From assembly GCA_001788495.1 (NCBI GenBank), contig MGCF01000006.1, positions 2,106 to 66,105 of the forward strand: 64,000 nt of DNA, read 5' to 3'. Under the pieces are notes generated by a model that worked only from the letters and a program-made list of their open reading frames with translations, was not told the origin of the DNA and did not search any database. Below, piece by piece: positions 31,301 through 35,676 of the stretch. The first letter of the stretch is position 1. Each line of letters opens with the position of its first letter. The stretch comes from Candidatus Rokubacteria bacterium RIFCSPLOWO2_02_FULL_73_56. Lineage in GTDB: Bacteria > Methylomirabilota > Methylomirabilia > Rokubacteriales > CSP1-6. The position numbers and the translations under genes were made by a program.

Positions 31301-34285
31301 GTGCTTGTCGGTCACCTCGGAGACGACGTCCGTCATCTCGGCCTTGACGCTGACGCCGTCGGCCGTGATCGTCGCGTCGCCGATGTGGGCGGAGTTCGTC
31401 ACGAGGGCGACGTTGATGGCCACCGCGGCCGCGATGCCCGTGCCGGCGTTGGCGACCGTCCCGTCGGCGGTCGCGCTCGCGTCCACGTTCTCGGAGGCCT
31501 GGACCGTCAGGGCGCCGTCGGAGTCGATCGTGACGCCGTCCGCGATCTGGGCGCGCGCCGTCGCCTTGGCGACGTTCACGGCGATCCCCGCGGCCACGCT
31601 CACGTTGTCGTTGTCCTGGTTCTGGGCCTTGGCCTTGTCGTTGCTGCTGTCCGCGCCCGAGGCGTGGCTGCCGCTGCCGCGGTTGGCGCTGGCCTGGGTG
31701 TTGCCGAAGTCCCGCTGCTGATTGCTCTTCTGCTGGGCGTTCTTCCCGCTGGAGTCGCTGCCCTCGCCCTCCCCGCCTTCCGCGCTCGCCTTGGCCTCGG
31801 CCAGGCTCTTCGAGCGCCCCTTGGCCTTGAACCGTGTCGCCCCGCCGGTGGTGACGCTGCGCGTCGTCTCGGACACGACCGTGTCCTGCGCCCAGCCGAA
31901 GGCGATCGCCACGCCGACCGCGACGTCGGTGCCGACGGCCTTGCCCTCGGCCTTCGTGCTGACGTCGCTCGTGCCGCTGGCGTCCGCGAGCAGCTCGCCC
32001 CCGACCACGAGCGCCGGCTGCAGCGCCGTGCCCTGGATCTGGGTCGCCGTGTCGAGGGTCACGACCGAGACGGCGACGACCGGCGCGATCGCGTTCCCGC
32101 CGGCTCCGCCGCCCTTGGCCTCGGTCTCGATCGTGTGGGTCGCCGTCGCCGTGAGGTGCACGTCGTCGGCGTCCGTGAAGACGACGCCGGAGCCGATCGT
32201 CGCCTTCGTGTCGTTGTCGGCGACGGTGAGCGCCACCGAGGCGCCGACGCCCGTGCTCTTGCCGGCGTCGTCGTCGCCGTCGTCGTCGTCGATGCTCGCC
32301 TCGGCCCTCGCCGTGATGTGGGTCGTCGACTCCGCCAGCAGCGTCAGGCTGCTGCCGTTGAGGTCGACCGTCGCCGCGGGGTCGACCAGCGCGTAGACGT
32401 TCGCGATCGTGACGTTGATCGCCAGCGCCCCGGCGAGCGCAAGGCCCGACGACCCCCCGCTCGCCCCGGACTTCGCGGTCACGTCGAAGTGGCTGTCCGG
32501 CATCACCGCGTGCACGGTGATCCCGTTCGGCCCGTCGAGGCTCGGGCTGCCCGTGAGCCACGCCTTGACCTCGACGACGTGCACGCCGATGCCGACGCCG
32601 AGGCCCACGCCCTCGGGGTTGTTGTCGGTCGTCGAGCCGTCGCCGATCGTGGCGATGTCGTAGGTGCCGCTCGCGGTGAGGCCGATCGTCGTGTCCGAAG
32701 TGATCGTCGCGTCGTCGATCTCGGCCCACGTGTGGCCGGTGATGACCGACACCGCGACGGTCGCGGCGAAGTTGACGTTCCCCTCGCCCGTCGCGGCCCG
32801 ATCGCTCGTGTCGCTGTCGTCGTTCGGGTCCTTGAGCCGCTCCTTGGACGTCTGCGAGCCGTCGTCGGCGTGGTCCTTGGCGCCCTTGGGCGACGCCTTC
32901 GCCGTCGTGTCGACGGTCCGGCTGGTGGTGGCCGCGATCGCGACCGAGCTTGCGTCGATCGAGGTCGTCGCGTCGCTGATCACGACTTCCGTGTCGCCGA
33001 AGACCACGCTCACGGCGACGATGGCGCCCGCGGTGCTCGAGTTGCCGAGCGTGCCGTCGGCCGTCGTCGTGAGGTGGACGGTGTTCGTCGCGTCGATCGT
33101 CGCCGCCCCCGTCGCCACCAGGTCCGAGTCGTTGTGGACGGTGACCGTGGCCGAGCTGCTGACGACCGCGACCGCGAACGAGGCGTCCGTCGTGGTTTCG
33201 GTGTTGTCCTTGCTGCCGTCGGTCGGATCGGGCTTCCGCGCGAGCGTGAGGCTCGGCATGCTCGACGTGGCGTCGATGTCGATCGTGCCGGTCGCGGCGA
33301 GGTCCGCGTTGTCGAGGTCCACGGTGGCGGACGAGAACAGCAGCAGCTCGCTGAAGTTGACCTTCCCGTCGAGCTTGCTGGCGGTGTTGATCGTCACCGT
33401 TTCCTGGCTCAGGGCCAGGATCGTGATGTCGTGACCGCTGATCGTCGAGTTCGTGACCGTGACCTCGGCGGACGGCAGCTGCAGGAAGTCGGCCGAGTCG
33501 GCGTCGCCCGTGACGGTGCTGGGCTTCCCCGCGTTGAGCGTCACGTCGTGCGCGCTCAGCGTCGTGCCGGTCATGTGGATCGTCGAGTCGGACTCGACGG
33601 TGAGATCCTTGCCGCCGGTGAGCGTGAACGTGCTGGCGGCGACCTCGATGTCGCTCGAGCTGTGGAACCGGAGGTTGAAGCCGACGCTCGTCGGGCCGGT
33701 GCCCTGCAGGCGGAAGAGATCGTTGCCGATGCCCGGGATGACGCCCTCGAGGAACGAGATGTCCTTGCCGCCCACGAAGTCGATGTCGAGGAGCCCGCCG
33801 TCGCCGCTCACGAAGGTCGCGAGCGCGGGCAGGTCGAACGAGTCGAGATCGATGCGGATCGTGTCGCCCCGGAGGTCGCTGTTGGTGTCCCCACCGTCGC
33901 GCTGGATGACGACCTGGTGCTCCCCGGCGTTGTCCAGCACGGCGGAGGCGAGGACGTTCCCGAGGTTCCCCGTCTCGCGCAGCTCCAGGATCGGGTCGGA
34001 GCCGCTCAAGTCCGCGACCAGCGTCATGTCGGCGACGAGGCTGAGCGTCGGGTACGTGAGGTTCGCGGACAGCAAGAGCCGCGGCTCCAGCGTCTCGAGC
34101 GCGAACGCCTGGCGCTGCCGCGCGAGGTCCGCGAGACGCGCCCACCGGCGGCCGGCACGGCGCCGCTGGGCGCCCTGCGCGTAGATCGATTGCATGAGGC
34201 GATGGAAAAAGAGCTCGGCGATCGTGCGGACACGCGAAGCGCGCCGACGCGGACGGGACGGACGGGCGTCGAGCAGCGTGGTCAT
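10346..34285 (-). CDS. Giant (7979 aa) secreted or surface protein. It carries an LEPR-XLL-type N-terminus, beta-solenoid repeats, Calx-beta-like domains, RTX repeats, LamG-like domains and a C-terminal metzincin domain.
   Basis: A single uninterrupted track ORF with AAGGGAG 7 nt upstream of the ATG. Composition and motifs are listed in the sub-features below. All long plus-strand ORFs across it are Arg/Gly/Asp/Val-rich shadow frames. Confidence 0.9.
   Translation of the reverse strand: [7979 protein letters not shown]
10745..10777 (-). other. Metzincin zinc-binding motif [11 protein letters not shown], followed by a possible Met-turn (DVMSP), 132 codons before the giant gene's stop
   Basis: [29 protein letters not shown]. 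This is the HExxHxxGxxH signature. Coordinates were derived by codon arithmetic from the track stop. Confidence 0.75.
11110..12180 (-). other. Two LamG/concanavalin-like domains within the giant gene (approximate bounds)
   Basis: [25 protein letters not shown]...[39 protein letters not shown]...GSFDNVQVQ, then [26 protein letters not shown]...[38 protein letters not shown]...ASFDNVTIK. Confidence 0.6.
12480..15070 (-). repeat. Haemolysin-type Ca-binding (RTX, GGxGxD nonapeptide) repeat region within the giant gene (approximate bounds)
   Basis: [135 protein letters not shown]. Confidence 0.75.
15500..16700 (-). other. Calx-beta-like domains within the giant gene (approximate bounds)
   Basis: [23 protein letters not shown]...[59 protein letters not shown]...[43 protein letters not shown]...[18 protein letters not shown]. 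Confidence 0.55.
20290..23960 (-). repeat. Scattered H-G-L-x-x-G-D...Y...YYV modules within the giant gene (approximate bounds)
   Basis: [19 protein letters not shown]...[32 protein letters not shown]...[37 protein letters not shown]...[34 protein letters not shown]. Confidence 0.5.
24700..33400 (-). repeat. Degenerate protein-level beta-solenoid-type repeats within the giant gene (approximate bounds)
   Basis: There are dozens of units such as [68 protein letters not shown] and [27 protein letters not shown]. The consensus is roughly G.(G/A)(V/G).(A/G)(S/A).(A/V)V.V....T.A.IG... with a period of roughly 55-60 aa. Confidence 0.6.
34064..34090 (-). other. LEPRLLLSA motif (codons 66-74) closing an Arg-rich, non-hydrophobic N-terminal region of the giant protein
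   Basis: [74 protein letters not shown]. From memory this matches the NCBI family model named LEPR-XLL domain, which is found at the N-termini of very large proteins. Confidence 0.7.
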
Positions 34286-34628
34286 TTGAGGCTCCCTTGG
34301 AGAGCGAGCAGAGGCAGGGCGATGAGACGAGAAACCCGCGGATGCGAGTGCCAGCGCCTCCCGGAAATCACCTGGGCGGTTCTCCTACGGGCTAGCGAGC
34401 GACGCCACGGGTTGTGGCGGCGCCACTCTCGGACCAAACCTGTGCGTTGTCAAGGGCCGTTCTGCTGGCACCCGGGGCATTTCCGGAAGGCCCGCCGGCC
34501 CAGGTCAGGAGGCGTGCCTCCGGGTCACCGCCACGCCCCTCCCCCGATGACGCGAATTCCGGGCGGTGCGATCATGGCCCTGGCTCCCCGGTCATGGCAA
34601 GACGACAGGCCGTCCAGGCGCCGGCCCG

Positions 34629-35645
34629 ATGACGGCGGCAGACGCGCGGCGGGTGGTGCTCGTCGCTCCACCGTACGGCTGGCTGCGCGGCGAAGTGCCG
34701 AGACGCTGGCTCTCGGGACGCGGCGTCGACGCCGTGCTGCTCGCCCATGCCTCGCCGCAGTTCGGGGTCCCCGGCGCGATGGACGCCATCGAAGCCCTGG
34801 CGCGGAGCGCCCCTGCGACGTGGCACTTCTACCCCTTCCCGCACGACGAGTATCTGATCGACACGCTCCAGGCGCGCGGCCACCGGGTGCTCGTCGGCCT
34901 CGACGACGACTACTGGCACCCGAGCCCCTGGCATCCCGTCGGACCCCGGCTGGACAGCCTCCCAGACCTCGAGGCGCTGCTCGCCGCCGCCGACGGCCTG
35001 GTCGTCACGACGGAGCCGCTCGCCGGGATCGTCGCGCGCTTCAACGCCAACGTCGCCGTCGTGCCGAACGCCCTCGACCTCGAGGCGATGCCGGCGGCCC
35101 GCCCGCCACGGGAGGGACGGGCCAGGCGGGTTGGATGGAGCGGCTGGCCGGGACACCGGGGCGACACGGCCCTCCTCGAGGCGCCGCTGCGCGCGCTGCT
35201 CGCGGAGGACCCGGAGCTCACCTTCGTCGTGGCCGGCGAGCTACCGGCCTGGGCGGTGGGCGAGGCCCGGGTGGAGCGCGATACGCGCCTGCTCCCTCCG
35301 CTGGCACACTACCGGCGGCTCGCGCGGCTGGAGATCGATCTGTTCGTCGCGCCGCTGGTCGAGCACCCGTGGAACGAGGCGCGGAGCCTGCTGAAGGCCC
35401 TCGAGGCGGCCGCGCTGGGACTCCCGATGATCGTGTCCGACGTGGGCCCGTATCGCGCCGTGCCCGCGGATGTCGCGCTGAAGGTTCCGAACACCGCGGC
35501 GGCCTGGCGCGCGGCCCTCGAGCGGCTGATCGCCGACGCCGCGCTGCGGAGGGCGCTCGCCGGGCGCGCGCTTGCATGGCTCCGAGAACACCACACGATC
35601 GACACCACCGGTCCGCTCTGGCGGGCGGCGCTCGCCGCCGTGTGA
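34629..35645 (+). CDS. GT-B fold glycosyltransferase (family 1/4-like)
   Basis: In track ORF 34566..35645. The start is taken at MTAADARRVVLVAPPYG. The C-terminal half reads RVGWSGWPGHRGD...FVAPLVEHPWNEARSLLKALEAAALGLPMIVSDVGPY, which looks like the nucleotide-sugar binding region. Confidence 0.65.
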   Translation: MTAADARRVVLVAPPYGWLRGEVPRRWLSGRGVDAVLLAHASPQFGVPGAMDAIEALARSAPATWHFYPFPHDEYLIDTLQARGHRVLVGLDDDYWHPSPWHPVGPRLDSLPDLEALLAAADGLVVTTEPLAGIVARFNANVAVVPNALDLEAMPAARPPREGRARRVGWSGWPGHRGDTALLEAPLRALLAEDPELTFVVAGELPAWAVGEARVERDTRLLPPLAHYRRLARLEIDLFVAPLVEHPWNEARSLLKALEAAALGLPMIVSDVGPYRAVPADVALKVPNTAAAWRAALERLIADAALRRALAGRALAWLREHHTIDTTGPLWRAALAAV

Positions 35646-35676
35646 CGGCCCGCGTTGGGGGGCCGGCGCGCGCGGC

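Noticed and set aside
34460-34485. Sigma-54-type promoters at TGGCACCCGGGGCAT (plus strand, ~34466), CTGGCACTCGCATCC (minus strand, ~34340-34355) and TGGCAACGCGGGCTGCC (~57948-57964).
   Set aside because: The GG-to-GC spacing is off by 1-2 nt from the TGGCAC-N5-TTGC consensus in all three, and TGGCA is not rare in this composition.
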